A stretch of 54,625 nucleotides of DNA from Patescibacteria group bacterium (GCA_038061995.1 JBBTYA010000009.1:1-54625), one strand, 5' to 3'; counted from the first letter of the stretch, positions 27,883-40,467 are shown. The notes: generated by a model not told the origin, from the letters alone. Translations and numbers: made by a program.

Positions 27883-29427
27883 ATGCATTCTTCCGTCCGG
27901 CTTTCTTTCCTTGGCCTCAGCTTCTTGGGTGGCGTCGCTCTGGCTTCTTTTATTCCCGCAGTTTCCGCGGCATTACTCTGGGTCATTCTTCTCGGCACAG
28001 TGATACTGTGCGTTTCAGTATGGCGAGGAACGTTTGGTGATTCGCGTGAAGGTGTGCGTAGGCGCCTTGTTGGCGTGCTTATTGGTCTTTGTATATTAGC
28101 TTTTGCATCCGGCATGTGGCGCTTTGACGCAGTCGCAACTCTTCACTCGCGCCTTGCCGTGTTTGCGGATCGTCGCGCGGGAGATGCGCCAGTTTCTTTT
28201 CTTTTCCACGGCTTTGTCGACGGCGCGTTTACTTCGCGTGGCAACAACGGTTCTTTTTCATTCTATGTGACTGCGGTGCAGGTAGAAAATCGCATCGTTC
28301 CCATTCGTGAGAGAGTACTTGTGGAGACGGGCCCACTCCCTCTCTACGCCCCCGGAACACGTATGGGCGTCGAAGGAAGTGTCAGTGTTGCTGGAGAGCG
28401 TGATACATGGCTTTTGCGTGATGGCATCCGCATGAAGCTCGACGCAGGGGATATACGCACCTATGAACACGCTCCTTATGAAATAAGTACGCTCCAACGC
28501 ATTCGTATGCACATGCTTGCATCGGTGATTAGCGTGCGTAGTCTCTTTGAGCGCGCTATCCGTGCAAGCATCGGCGAACCAGCGAGTGCCCTCATTGAAG
28601 GCGTGCTCCTTGGTACGCGGCAATTTTTGCCGGACACTCTTCGCGAAGCATTCCGTGCTACGGGCATGACGCACATTCTTGCGGTGTCTGGATATAATAT
28701 TTCGGTGGTGGGCGCCGGTGTGCTCGCGTTGCTTCTCCGGTGGGTGCGTCGCCGAAGAGCTTTTTGGTTCACGCTTGGTGTGCTTGCGATCTTTACTATC
28801 ATGACAGGAGCATCGGCATCGGTGGTGCGCGCGGCAATCATGGGTGGCCTTCTTTTCTTTGCGCAAAGTTACGGGAGATTGCCCTATCTTACCAACGCAC
28901 TCATTCTGGCTGCATGTGCCATGGTGCTCGCACAGCCATTTGTGCTTCGCTATGACGTAGGATTCCAGCTCTCATTTCTCGCGGTGATCGGGCTTTCGTG
29001 GGGCGCTCCGCTTATTATGCGTTTCTTTGAAAAAACACGGATACCAGACATCGTGCGAGAACCGCTTGCGGCAACACTTGCGGCACAAATTGCCGTGCTC
29101 CCACTGATCCTTGTTGTCTTCGGCTCTTTGTCTATTGCTGCACCTCTCGCGAACATTCTCACGGTGCCAGTGGTCCCGTTTGTTATGGCAGCCGGGTTTT
29201 TTGCTGGTGTTGTTGCTCTGATCATACCCCCGCTCGCGCCCCTGGTGGGCATCCCAGCGTGGATAGGCGCCTCCTATATACTGTGGGTCATTGAGCGCAT
29301 TGCAGAGCTCCCTGGAGCGTCTGTGGGCGTTTCTCTGCCGTGGTGGGGTGGCGTAGTGCTCGCGGTAGGTATCTGGGGTGTTTGGAAATATCTTTCCCGT
29401 TTATATGCACCAGCTATTTCGTCGTGA
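27883..29427 (+). CDS. comEC: ComEC/Rec2 competence membrane domain
   Basis: GVLLG, TG.THILAVSGYN, SVVRAAIM, GFQLSF.A, AN.L.VP. Confidence 0.93.
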   Translation: MHSSVRLSFLGLSFLGGVALASFIPAVSAALLWVILLGTVILCVSVWRGTFGDSREGVRRRLVGVLIGLCILAFASGMWRFDAVATLHSRLAVFADRRAGDAPVSFLFHGFVDGAFTSRGNNGSFSFYVTAVQVENRIVPIRERVLVETGPLPLYAPGTRMGVEGSVSVAGERDTWLLRDGIRMKLDAGDIRTYEHAPYEISTLQRIRMHMLASVISVRSLFERAIRASIGEPASALIEGVLLGTRQFLPDTLREAFRATGMTHILAVSGYNISVVGAGVLALLLRWVRRRRAFWFTLGVLAIFTIMTGASASVVRAAIMGGLLFFAQSYGRLPYLTNALILAACAMVLAQPFVLRYDVGFQLSFLAVIGLSWGAPLIMRFFEKTRIPDIVREPLAATLAAQIAVLPLILVVFGSLSIAAPLANILTVPVVPFVMAAGFFAGVVALIIPPLAPLVGIPAWIGASYILWVIERIAELPGASVGVSLPWWGGVVLAVGIWGVWKYLSRLYAPAISS

Positions 29428-30274
29428 ATGGCCCCGCGTTTTCGTATTGTGCACGCTCCTCGTGCTGTGTATTCTCGTCGCCCGTACTCCTCAGAATGGC
29501 TCGGGAAGGCTAGTTGTTTCTTTGCTCGACGTAGGGCAAGGAGAGGCGATATTTATACAGACACCAAATGGTCGTCAGGTGCTTATCGATGGTGGGCCAA
29601 ATGCATCGGTACTTGAAGAGCTTGGTGCGGTGATGCCCGTAGGCGATCGGACGCTCGATTTGGTTGTACTTACCCACGCGCACAGTGATCACGTTTCAGG
29701 TTTAGTGCACGTACTTGAGCGTTACGCTGTTTCTGGGATTCTTGAATCGGGTGCGCCTTATACGACGGGCGTGTATCGTGCGTGGCGCGACGCAGTAGCA
29801 CAGGAGGGTGCAGTGGCAGTTCAAGCACTTCCTGGCAGACGCATTCTCCTAGATGCAGATACCGCCCTTACCGTGTACGCACCGAATCCTACACGAGCTC
29901 TTGCTGAAAAGAATCCAAACAATGCGTCAGTGATGCTCATGCTCCAGCATGGAGCGGTGCGCATGTTGCTTACAGGTGACGCGGAGGCGCCCGTGGAACA
30001 GCGCCTTGTCTCCCAAGGCGCTCAGCTCGTCGCAGACATTCTTAAGGTGGGGCATCAGGGTTCGCGCACTTCTTCAACGCTGCCATTTCTTATGCGTGTT
30101 GCTCCCCGCGTTGCTATCATGAGTGTTGGCGAAGGGAATACCTACGGCCACCCCCATCGCGTGGTGACTGAGCGTCTTGCGAATCTCAGCATTCCATACT
30201 ATCGTACAGACGTAGATGGACGAATAACTATTGAAAGCGACGGCACCTCGTTTGCGGTGCGGGCGCACAAGTAA
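29405..30274 (+). CDS. ComEC-type metallo-beta-lactamase-fold protein (separate C-terminal domain)
   Basis: LDVGQGE, LIDGG, THAHSDH, NNAS, LTGDAE, LKVGHQGS, NTYGHPH. Confidence 0.9.
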   Translation: MHQLFRREWPRVFVLCTLLVLCILVARTPQNGSGRLVVSLLDVGQGEAIFIQTPNGRQVLIDGGPNASVLEELGAVMPVGDRTLDLVVLTHAHSDHVSGLVHVLERYAVSGILESGAPYTTGVYRAWRDAVAQEGAVAVQALPGRRILLDADTALTVYAPNPTRALAEKNPNNASVMLMLQHGAVRMLLTGDAEAPVEQRLVSQGAQLVADILKVGHQGSRTSSTLPFLMRVAPRVAIMSVGEGNTYGHPHRVVTERLANLSIPYYRTDVDGRITIESDGTSFAVRAHK

Positions 30275-30279
30275 CACTC

Positions 30280-30795
30280 ATGCATACTGACAACGGATTA
30301 GAACGAACGCTCGTGCTCTTAAAGCCGGACGCATTAGATTGCGGCATCGTCGGAGAGGTGATCACACGCTTTGAGCGCGTTGGTCTCAAAATGGTTGGTG
30401 TAAAGATGTTGGTGTCGGAAAAAGACACAGCAGAGAAGCACTACACCGAAGATCTGGCAAAGCGTCGCGGCGAAGCTATCCGCAATTTGATGATTAGCAT
30501 GCTTACCTCCGGGCCGATCATTGCGCTTGCACTCGAAGGCGTTGATGCTATTGAGGTGGTGCGTAAGATGATCGGCTCTACCGAACCAAAAGCAGCAGCA
30601 CCGGGAACGATTCGTGGTGACTACACGCATGTGAGCTACCGCTACGCTGATTCAAAAGGAATGGGTATTTTTAATCTTATCCACGCGTCTGACTCTCCGG
30701 AGAATGCTGATGCAGAACTACGTGTCTGGTTTAAGCCAGAAGAACTAGTGTCGCATAAGCCGGGATACACGAAAATGACCTTGCGCGAGGACTAG
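30280..30795 (+). CDS. ndk: Nucleoside diphosphate kinase
   Basis: ERTLVLLKPDA, SGP, PGTIRGD, NLIHASDS. Confidence 0.96.
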   Translation: MHTDNGLERTLVLLKPDALDCGIVGEVITRFERVGLKMVGVKMLVSEKDTAEKHYTEDLAKRRGEAIRNLMISMLTSGPIIALALEGVDAIEVVRKMIGSTEPKAAAPGTIRGDYTHVSYRYADSKGMGIFNLIHASDSPENADAELRVWFKPEELVSHKPGYTKMTLRED

Positions 30796-30829
30796 TTGCA
30801 GGAGTCTTTGAGCGGAGTATACTGAGAGT

Positions 30830-30997
30830 ACCCTTTCGGGATTTGTAAAAGCCTTACCGTATTTAATGCACAGGGAGTCTTATCTGGGCTTCGGCCCAAT
30901 CCAAGAGTGCCGGTGAGCGAGCAATCGTTCCGACGTCCTCTTATGCGGACACCCACCAAAGCCTTAAGGTAAAGCGCTTTTACAGATTGCGGGAGGG
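30830..30997 (+). ncRNA. ssrS: Probable 6S RNA
   Basis: Promoter TTGCAG-16-TATACT (30796-30823). Rod-like end pairing: CCCTTTCG/CGGGAGGG, GATTTGTAAAAGC/GCTTTTACAGATT, CTTACC/GGTAAAG. Internal ACAGGGAG and TGCGGACACCCACC recall 6S RNAs. A terminator hairpin follows and there is no credible ORF. Confidence 0.6.
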
Positions 30998-31001
30998 CCA
31001 G

Positions 31002-31033
31002 AACGCCACCCATAGGGGTGGCGTTGTGTTTTA
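31002..31033 (+). terminator. Terminator after the ncRNA
   Basis: AACGCCACCC-ATAG-GGGTGGCGTT followed by a T-rich tract. Confidence 0.7.
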
Positions 31034-31075
31034 TGGGGCAAGCGTGTACTATTCCGCGCAACAAAGGAGGCGGAG

Positions 31076-31366
31076 ATGGGAACGAGTGAAGAGAGCAGCA
31101 AGGCTGCGGTGGGCGAAGCTGTGCAGCAGGAATATCTGCGAGGCACGCGAGCATGTCAGATGGCGCGACGTGAGGAGCTGACGCTTGTGGCGCACGCGAT
31201 TTCGTGGGCCGTGGATCGTTTCGGAGAAGACGAGGATGCGGTGCTCATGCACCGTCGCATGGATGCTCTCTGGGTGATCGTCTCGCAGTGCTCGGTGACC
31301 GGAGCACAGATCCCCGGCGATCTCGTGGCACTCATCCAGAGTCGGGGTGCCAAGCGGCTCGGCTAG
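31076..31366 (+). CDS. Orphan hypothetical protein (96 aa), GC-rich, self-contained unit
   Basis: TTGTGT-17-TACTAT promoter, AAAGGAGG SD, and hairpin AGAGGGAGGTTCT/AGAACCTCCCTCT at 31372-31399. Confidence 0.7.
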   Translation: MGTSEESSKAAVGEAVQQEYLRGTRACQMARREELTLVAHAISWAVDRFGEDEDAVLMHRRMDALWVIVSQCSVTGAQIPGDLVALIQSRGAKRLG

Positions 31367-31440
31367 GTCCAAGAGGGAGGTTCTGTAGAACCTCCCTCTA
31401 TTCTTTTTATATTTTCATTGGTAGGCTGTATGCGGTTATG

Positions 31441-31511
31441 CGGGCCGTCGTATAATGGTAGTACGCGTGGCTGGGGGTCATGCAGCCGGGGTTCGATTCC
31501 CCGCGGCCCGA
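31441..31511 (+). tRNA. tRNA-Pro(GGG)
   Basis: Acceptor CGGGCCG/CGGCCCG-A; anticodon arm CGTGG-CTGGGGG-TCATG; T loop TTCGATT. Confidence 0.93.
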
Positions 31512-31596
31512 CTTTATCAAATACAGAGTGCCTTGCGGCACACAGTAGAAATTAAAAAGAGACCCTTCCGGGCCTCTTTTTGGTTAGAGAGTGAGC

Positions 31597-31788
31597 TTAG
31601 GCTACTGCGCCTTTTGCGATGGTCTTAATGCAGTCTGTGCAGATCTTCAAGCGCTTGCCACCCACACGAGCCCACTGGAGGTTTGGGTAGCGACGAGAGC
31701 GGCTGGTTGGATTGTAGTGGCCGCGCAAAAGCTTACGGGTGGTGACCATAACCGATCGCTTTGCGCAGGTGGGACAACGTGTTGCCAT
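31597..31788 (-). CDS. rpmB: Ribosomal protein bL28 (Zn-ribbon type)
   Basis: MATRCPTCAK...R.R.PNLQ...KICTDCIK. Confidence 0.9.
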   Translation of the reverse strand: MATRCPTCAKRSVMVTTRKLLRGHYNPTSRSRRYPNLQWARVGGKRLKICTDCIKTIAKGAVA

Positions 31789-31865
31789 AGAGATTTGAAA
31801 GCGTCCTTGAGGGACGCGAAGTACGTGGACAGGATAGCAGAACATTGGTAGGCTGGTCAAGAGAT

Positions 31866-32480
31866 ATGCCCGACAGCCTCTTTCTTGGTGCCGTTTCTAT
31901 CGCAATGTTGGTGATGTCTGTTGTCGCGCATGAATATGCGCACGGTGCCGTTGCAGACGCTCTCGGGGACCCAACGGCACGCCTCTCGGGGCGCCTTACC
32001 CTCAACCCACTCAAGCACCTTGATCCATTCGGTTCGGTCATTCTTCCCTTTTTACTAGTGATTAGCGGCCTGCCGGCGTTTGGGTATGCGCGTCCTGTGC
32101 CCTATGATCCACTGCTTCTTTCAGATAGGCGCAGGGGACCTGCGATGGTGGCATTTGCAGGACCTGCGACGAATATCATCCTTTCTCTCCTGTGCGCCTT
32201 GACGTTGCGCGCCGGGATCGTCTCTATTGATACGATCCCCGGAGTCCTCGTGGCAAGCGCTGGGTTCATGAATGCTATTCTCGCGCTCTTTAACCTCATC
32301 CCCATTCCTCCATTGGATGGGCACTGGATTGCGGGTACCCTCGGTGGAGTGACGGGCGCTCGCCTTATGGCCGCGGCTCGGAGAATGCAGCTCCCGCTCC
32401 TTTTCCTCGCCCTCTTCCTAGTGGTTCCTATACTAGGAGATGTGGCATATGCTCTCTTTACGGCTCTTGCCGGGATTTGA
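31866..32480 (+). CDS. Site-2 protease family (M50) metalloprotease
   Basis: HEYAH, GDPT....[26 protein letters not shown]. Confidence 0.93.
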   Translation: MPDSLFLGAVSIAMLVMSVVAHEYAHGAVADALGDPTARLSGRLTLNPLKHLDPFGSVILPFLLVISGLPAFGYARPVPYDPLLLSDRRRGPAMVAFAGPATNIILSLLCALTLRAGIVSIDTIPGVLVASAGFMNAILALFNLIPIPPLDGHWIAGTLGGVTGARLMAAARRMQLPLLFLALFLVVPILGDVAYALFTALAGI

Positions 32481-32554
32481 CGCTGATTTCTGTTTCTGCT
32501 ACGATGCACACCGCACGTTGTGCGCCCTTTCTTGCGCACGACGCTTACTGGCTC

Positions 32555-32965
32555 ATGCCAACACTGAATCAATTACTGAAAAAACCACGTGTCGTGGTTC
32601 GCGCAAAAACAAAAGCACCTGCAATGGTGTTTGGTTTGAATACGCTCAAGAACCGCCCCATCCGTTATCCCGCTCCCTTTAAGCGCGGCGTGTGCGTGAA
32701 GGTCACCACCATGACTCCGAAGAAGCCAAACTCTGCTATCCGTAAGATTGCTCGCGTACGCCTCTCTAACGGCATGGAAGTGACGGCCTACATCCCGGGC
32801 ATTGGCCACAACCTGCAAGAGCACTCCGTGGTCATGATCCGCGGTGGTCGCGTAAAAGACTTGCCAGGTGTTCGTTATCACATCGTCCGCGGCGTCTTGG
32901 ATGCAGCTGGCGTTGATGGTCGCAAGCAAGAACGTTCTAAGTACGGTGTAAAGCGCCCAAAGTAA
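32555..32965 (+). CDS. rpsL: Ribosomal protein uS12
   Basis: [29 protein letters not shown]. Confidence 0.98.
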   Translation: MPTLNQLLKKPRVVVRAKTKAPAMVFGLNTLKNRPIRYPAPFKRGVCVKVTTMTPKKPNSAIRKIARVRLSNGMEVTAYIPGIGHNLQEHSVVMIRGGRVKDLPGVRYHIVRGVLDAAGVDGRKQERSKYGVKRPK

Positions 32966-32977
32966 TCCCATTATTCT

Positions 32978-33445
32978 ATGCGTCGTCCTATTAAAAAGCG
33001 TCCGATTGTAGATCCAGATTCTGTATATTCCAGTACTCTTGTTGCGCGCATTATTAATTCCGTCATGAAAGATGGAAAGAAGGCTATCGCACAACGCGCG
33101 GTCTACACTGCGTTGACTGATCTTGAGAAGCGTGCCGAAAAGCCTGCGCTCGAAGCTCTTGAGCTTGCAGTGCAAAACGTTGCTCCCAACGTACAGCTCA
33201 AATCTCGCCGCGTCGGTGGGGCAAACTATCAGGTTCCTGTAGAAATCGGCCCAGCGCGTCGACTTGCGCTGGCTATTCGCTGGATTGTTGGCTCGGCCCG
33301 CTCACTGAAAGGAAAGCCGATGAACGTAAAGCTCGCTGATGAACTTTTTGCCGCATTCCAAAACACTGGTTCTGCAGTAAAGAAGCGCGCCGACATGCAT
33401 CGCATGGCGGAGGCAAACAAAGCATTCGCACATTTGGCATGGTAA
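32978..33445 (+). CDS. rpsG: Ribosomal protein uS7
   Basis: SRRVGGANYQVP, HRMAEANKAFAH. Confidence 0.98.
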   Translation: MRRPIKKRPIVDPDSVYSSTLVARIINSVMKDGKKAIAQRAVYTALTDLEKRAEKPALEALELAVQNVAPNVQLKSRRVGGANYQVPVEIGPARRLALAIRWIVGSARSLKGKPMNVKLADELFAAFQNTGSAVKKRADMHRMAEANKAFAHLAW

Positions 33446-33514
33446 TGATGAGGTGAGTACTCGCGGAGCGACCACCATACTGTTGGTCGCTCCTGCGCTC
33501 TACTCACTGCGTGT

Positions 33515-35617
<2,103 letters not shown>

Positions 35618-35699
35618 AACAATAAAATCGTCCGTCCCAAGAGCGCCCCACATAGGGCGCTCTTGCTTTTTTGGGTGAGTGCGGTAGAAGAGATGTATT

Positions 35700-35981
35700 A
35701 TGCTTGATATGCGCGAATTAAAACCACTCCTGCGACAAAGCGGTTCCATCGTGGTGGTAGAAGATGGTCAGCCTTCGGTGGTGATTGTGGATTATGGGGT
35801 GTACCGAGGCCTCGTGCGCGCTCCCGCAGAGGGCGTATCAAGCCAGGCTGTGGCGCAAACGCCCGCCGTTCCTACTACTGCCGATGCAGAGTTCGTAGAG
35901 CGTCTCAATAAAGAGATTTTGGCCCTCAAAAACCAGATTGAGGCAGAGGAGCGGGCCCTGGTGAGCCCCGAAAACGAGTAG
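35700..35981 (+). CDS. Small hypothetical protein; N-terminus weakly Phd/YefM-like, C-terminal coiled coil
   Basis: IVVVEDGQPSVVIVDY..Y resembles the Phd fold. No cognate toxin adjacent. Confidence 0.55.
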   Translation: MLDMRELKPLLRQSGSIVVVEDGQPSVVIVDYGVYRGLVRAPAEGVSSQAVAQTPAVPTTADAEFVERLNKEILALKNQIEAEERALVSPENE

Positions 35982-35984
35982 GCA

Positions 35985-36012
35985 TTGACTTTCGTTTACT
36001 GTTTGCTAGAAT
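35985..36012 (+). promoter_or_regulatory. Promoter upstream of tuf
   Basis: TTGACT-16 nt-TAGAAT with extended -10 TG. Confidence 0.6.
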
Positions 36013-36131
36013 AGTCGGTACGCGTTTTATATTGAACAGCGCGGTACCGTGGTGGTTACTACACGAACGGCTTTCGAGCGGGTTTCGCGTCGTGTCCCTC
36101 ACGAGTATCGCCTCGTCACAACCTTAAGCAT

Positions 36132-37331
36132 ATGGCAGACACAAAGTTTGAGCGGACAAAGCCGCACTTGAATATCGGAACGATCGGACACGTGGACCAC
36201 GGGAAGACAACCCTGACCGCGTCTATTTTGCACGTCTTAGACATGCACAAAGGCGAGGGTTACGGCGCACGCGTTGAAGGTGTTGATGGTATCGACAATG
36301 CCCCAGAAGAAAAGGCACGTGGTATCACCATCTCTCTTCACCACTCTGAATACTGGACCCCAAAGCGTCACTACGCACACATCGACGCTCCTGGTCACGC
36401 AGACTACATTAAGAACATGATCACGGGTGCCGCCCAGATGGACGGTGCAATCCTCGTGGTTGCCGCAACTGATGGCGCAATGCCTCAGACTCGCGAGCAC
36501 ATCCTGTTGGCCCGCCAAGTCGGCGTACCTTTCATCATCGTCTTCTTGAACAAGGTAGACATGGTAGAAGACCAAGAGATGCTTGATCTCGTCGAAGCAG
36601 AACTCAAAGAATTGCTTGCAAAGTATGGCTACACTGATTCTCCAATCATCCGCGGCTCTGGCCTCAAAGCCCTTGAGTCAAAGGACGTAAGCGATCAGTA
36701 TGCACAAGCCGTAAAGAAACTCATCGACACCTGCGATGAATACATTGTTGAGCCAGCACGTGAAATGGACAAACCATTCCTCATGCCTGTCGAAGACGTG
36801 TTTACCATTGAAGGTCGCGGTACCGTTGTGACGGGCCGTATCGAGCGTGGTCAGGTGAAGGTCAACGATGAAGTAGAAATCGTCGGTATCCGCCCAACGG
36901 CAAAAACCGTTATCACGGGTATTGAAATGTTCAACAAGTCGCTTGATTCTGGTATGGCAGGTGACAACGCTGGTCTCTTGCTCCGTGGTTTGAAGAAGGA
37001 AGACGTCGAGCGTGGCCAAGTCCTTTCAAAGGCAGGTTCCATCACGCCGCACACCGAATTTGAGGCAGAAATCTATGTTCTCACGAAAGAAGAGGGTGGT
37101 CGCCACACTCCATTCATGAAGGGCTACAAGCCTCAGTTCTACTTCCGCACCACCGATGTTACAGGTGAAGCATTCTTGCCAGAAGGATCAGAAATGGTCA
37201 TGCCTGGTGACACTGTAAACCTTCGCGTGAAGTTAATCGTACCAATCGCCATGGAAGAAAAGCAGCGCTTCGCTATTCGCGAAGGCGGCAAGACCGTGGG
37301 CGCCGGTGCTGTAACAAAGATTATCGCCTAA
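36132..37331 (+). CDS. tuf: Elongation factor Tu
   Basis: [36 protein letters not shown]. Confidence 0.99.
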   Translation: MADTKFERTKPHLNIGTIGHVDHGKTTLTASILHVLDMHKGEGYGARVEGVDGIDNAPEEKARGITISLHHSEYWTPKRHYAHIDAPGHADYIKNMITGAAQMDGAILVVAATDGAMPQTREHILLARQVGVPFIIVFLNKVDMVEDQEMLDLVEAELKELLAKYGYTDSPIIRGSGLKALESKDVSDQYAQAVKKLIDTCDEYIVEPAREMDKPFLMPVEDVFTIEGRGTVVTGRIERGQVKVNDEVEIVGIRPTAKTVITGIEMFNKSLDSGMAGDNAGLLLRGLKKEDVERGQVLSKAGSITPHTEFEAEIYVLTKEEGGRHTPFMKGYKPQFYFRTTDVTGEAFLPEGSEMVMPGDTVNLRVKLIVPIAMEEKQRFAIREGGKTVGAGAVTKIIA

Positions 37332-37389
37332 CCATTCACTCATCCCCGTCGCCGATGGCGGCGGGGATACACCGCTCTTTTTCAACACC

Positions 37390-37722
37390 ATGATGGCTAC
37401 AAAGAAACAAGAAGCAGCCCAACGCATCCGTATCAAGTTGCGTGCATATGACACGAAGATCATCGATCGCTCTGCAAAACAGATCGTCGAGACGATCGAG
37501 CGCTATGGAGGGACCCTTACTGGTCCAGTGCCACTGCCAACCGAAATCAAAAAGGTTACCGTGAACCGCTCATCCTTTACGGATAAGGATTCACGTGAGC
37601 AATTCGAGATGCGCATTCATAAGCGCTTGATCGAAATCGCAAACCCAAACCCGAAGATCATCGAGGCGCTCACCAACTTGAGTATGCCGGCGGGGGTTGA
37701 TATTGAGATCAAAATGGTGTAA
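37390..37722 (+). CDS. rpsJ: Ribosomal protein uS10
   Basis: IRIKLRAYD, GPVPLPT, SREQFEMRIHKR. Confidence 0.98.
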   Translation: MMATKKQEAAQRIRIKLRAYDTKIIDRSAKQIVETIERYGGTLTGPVPLPTEIKKVTVNRSSFTDKDSREQFEMRIHKRLIEIANPNPKIIEALTNLSMPAGVDIEIKMV

Positions 37723-37874
37723 AAGGTATAGGCATTGTTACTTTCCTCTCCCCATCGTTCTGCGGTGGCGAGAGATAAAGCAATAATCCGGCTCGTAGAG
37801 CATTCTGTGTGCCTCTGCGACAGAGCAGGCGTGTCCTTCATGGTTCCCGCTGTTCGCGGGTTTTTGTTTGCAAA

Positions 37875-38489
37875 ATGGCGAAATTTATTCTTGGCACAAA
37901 AGAGAGTATGACCCAGATCTTCCGTGAAGACGGCGTTGTCGTCCCAGTCACGGTACTTTCAGTGCGCCCAAACGTCGTTTTGCAACTCAAAAACAAAGAA
38001 CGCGACGGATACATCGCAGTACAAGTGGGTACTGGATCTCGTAAGCACGTGAACAAGCCACAAACGGGCCACTTCCGTGGACGCGGTACGTTCAGCGCAG
38101 TTCGCGAATTCGCATACGTGCAGCTTGGCGATAAAGAGCTCGCAGAAGGCGACACCTTTGACGCATCTGTCTTTGAGGTAGGCGATACTGTCACAGTGAG
38201 CGGCACATCAAAGGGTAAGGGCTTTGCTGGCGGTATGAAGCGCCACGGGTTCTCCGGTATGCCTGCAAGTCACGGTCATAAATCAGTGAAGCGCCACATT
38301 GGTTCCACTGGTCAGCGCTTCCCTCAGCATACACTCAAGGGAAAGCGTATGGCGGGCCACATGGGCGTAGAGCGCGTATCAGTCCGCGGCTTAAAGGTTG
38401 TTGCTGTTGATGCGGAACTTGGTATTATTGCTGTCCGCGGCGCAGTCCCTGGCCAACGCGGCTCCATTGTTGAAATCGTTTCACGATAA
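37875..38489 (+). CDS. rplC: Ribosomal protein uL3
   Basis: G.K..MTQIF, DGY.AVQ, SKGKGFAG.MKRH, GKRMAGHMG. Confidence 0.97.
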   Translation: MAKFILGTKESMTQIFREDGVVVPVTVLSVRPNVVLQLKNKERDGYIAVQVGTGSRKHVNKPQTGHFRGRGTFSAVREFAYVQLGDKELAEGDTFDASVFEVGDTVTVSGTSKGKGFAGGMKRHGFSGMPASHGHKSVKRHIGSTGQRFPQHTLKGKRMAGHMGVERVSVRGLKVVAVDAELGIIAVRGAVPGQRGSIVEIVSR

Positions 38490-38490
38490 T

Positions 38491-39165
38491 ATGGCAAACG
38501 TCCCTCTTCTCAATCAACGCGGCGAGTCTCTCGGAAGTATCGCATTGCCTGATGCTCTCTTTTCCGTACCTGTAAACATGGAGCTCCTTGCGCAGGTTCT
38601 TGCTGCACAAGAAGCAAACCAGCGCCAGGGCAATGCGCATTCTAAAGGTCGCGGTGAAGTGCGTGGTGGTGGTAAAAAGCCATGGCGCCAGAAGGGAACT
38701 GGCCGTGCCCGTCACGGTTCTATCCGCTCTCCTATTTGGAAGGGTGGTGGTGCAACGCACGGCCCAACTTCAGAAAAAGACTACACGCAAAAGATTAATC
38801 GTCGCATGGCTCTTGCCGCACTTCGTTCTATCCTTTCAGGTAAGGTTCGTGACGCAGAGCTTGTTGTGGTAGATGCATTCTCGCTCCCCGAAGCAAAGAC
38901 AAAAGAAGCTGTTACCTCACTCCGCGCAGTGGTGCGCGCCATCCCTGGCATTCGCGCAACTGACCGCACGCTTCCCAAAGCGCTTATTATCCTTCCTGGT
39001 GGCGAAGGCCACACGCCGGCAGTTCGTGCACTGCGTAACGTGCAACGAGTTGAAGTTGAATCGGTGCGTAATCTCCAAGCGCTTCATGTCGCAGATCATC
39101 AATACATTATTGTACACAAGGATGCTATTGATGCGCTCGTCACTCGTGTAAACGGTACTGCATAA
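38491..39165 (+). CDS. rplD: Ribosomal protein uL4
   Basis: RGEVRGGGKKPWRQKGTGRARHGS. Confidence 0.97.
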   Translation: MANVPLLNQRGESLGSIALPDALFSVPVNMELLAQVLAAQEANQRQGNAHSKGRGEVRGGGKKPWRQKGTGRARHGSIRSPIWKGGGATHGPTSEKDYTQKINRRMALAALRSILSGKVRDAELVVVDAFSLPEAKTKEAVTSLRAVVRAIPGIRATDRTLPKALIILPGGEGHTPAVRALRNVQRVEVESVRNLQALHVADHQYIIVHKDAIDALVTRVNGTA

Positions 39166-39171
39166 TCACGT

Positions 39172-39615
39172 ATGAAATTCCCATTTTTTGGATCATCGGA
39201 AAAGAAAGAAAGCCCAAAGAAGGGCGCGTCCTCAAAGAAGGCGGCAGTGTCGCGCGCACCAAAGAAAAACAGCGATGCTCCAGCATCGACTGAGGGCCAG
39301 GTGCTTGTGGTTCCCGCAGGCGCACACCGCGTTATTCGCGCTCCCTTTATGAGCGAGAAAGCGTCTCGTTTGGCGCAACAGAATCAGTATGTCTTTTTAG
39401 TCACTGCCGGCGCGACAAAGTCAGAGATAAAGAAACATGTAAGCACACTTTTCAAAGTAACCGTTCTGTCGGTCAATATTGTGAACTTGCCTCGCAAGAA
39501 GGCGGGCATGACACGTCGCCACTTCGCTGGCGTGCGTCCGCAAGTACGTAAGGCAATCGTAACACTTGCTCCCGGTCAAACTATTGGAGCAGCTATGGCA
39601 TCGCCTCAATCATAA
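39172..39615 (+). CDS. rplW: Ribosomal protein uL23 with ~50-aa N-terminal extension
   Basis: I.AP..SEK...N.YVF.V...ATK.EIK..V..LF.V.V..VN...KAIVTL. Confidence 0.93.
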   Translation: MKFPFFGSSEKKESPKKGASSKKAAVSRAPKKNSDAPASTEGQVLVVPAGAHRVIRAPFMSEKASRLAQQNQYVFLVTAGATKSEIKKHVSTLFKVTVLSVNIVNLPRKKAGMTRRHFAGVRPQVRKAIVTLAPGQTIGAAMASPQS

Positions 39616-39621
39616 TCTGGT

Positions 39622-40446
39622 ATGAAACGCTATAAACCAACAACTGCATCTCGTCGCCACATGTCAGCATATGACACTGCTGGTCTTTCCGACGTTGCCC
39701 CACTTCGTTCTCATACGAAGGGTTTTCACCGTGCAGTTGGCCGCAACAACCAAGGTCGCATCACAAGCTTCCACCGTGGTGGCGGTAACAAGCGTCGCTA
39801 CCGCGATATCGATTTTAAACAGCAGAAGTATGATATCCAGGGTATTATTGCGACTCTCGAATACGATCCAAACCGTACTGCACGCATTGCCCTCGTACAC
39901 TACCCAGATGGTGACAAGCGCTACATCATTGCTCCACAGAACCTCGCTGTCGGCGATACCGTTATTACTGCGGTACGCGCACCGATTCGCGTAGGCAATC
40001 GCATGCAGCTCGCGAACATTCCACAGGGTACCATCGTACACAACATCGAATTGCGCCCGGGCCAAGGGGGACGCATTGTGCGTTCCGCAGGAAGTGGCGC
40101 AACCGTGCTCGCAAGCGACGCCGGTTATGTACAGGTGGTGATGCCTTCCTCCGAAGTGCGTCTCGTGCCCGCTGAATGCTATGCATCTATCGGGCAAGTA
40201 TCGAATGCAGAGCACGCGCTCATCTCGTTGGGTAAGGCTGGTCGTTCGCGCTGGCTGGGCCGCCGTCCAAAGGTCCGCGGTACTGCCATGAACCCAGTAG
40301 ATCACCCACATGGTGGTGGTGAAGGTCGCCAAGGTCGCGGTACACGCCGTCCAAAGACACGCCACGGTAAGATCACCGGCGGTCACAAGACGCGCAATAA
40401 AAAGAAGCGCTCAGCACGCCTCGTTGTGCGCCGACGCTCGAAGTAA
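39622..40446 (+). CDS. rplB: Ribosomal protein uL2
   Basis: GRNNQGRIT, EYDPNR, RGTAMNPVDHPHGGGEG. Confidence 0.98.
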   Translation: MKRYKPTTASRRHMSAYDTAGLSDVAPLRSHTKGFHRAVGRNNQGRITSFHRGGGNKRRYRDIDFKQQKYDIQGIIATLEYDPNRTARIALVHYPDGDKRYIIAPQNLAVGDTVITAVRAPIRVGNRMQLANIPQGTIVHNIELRPGQGGRIVRSAGSGATVLASDAGYVQVVMPSSEVRLVPAECYASIGQVSNAEHALISLGKAGRSRWLGRRPKVRGTAMNPVDHPHGGGEGRQGRGTRRPKTRHGKITGGHKTRNKKKRSARLVVRRRSK

Positions 40447-40467
40447 TCATTTCCATTTCTTTATCTT

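Noticed and set aside
35700-35981. Toxin-antitoxin module
   Set aside because: Only a weak antitoxin-like resemblance and no adjacent toxin ORF.
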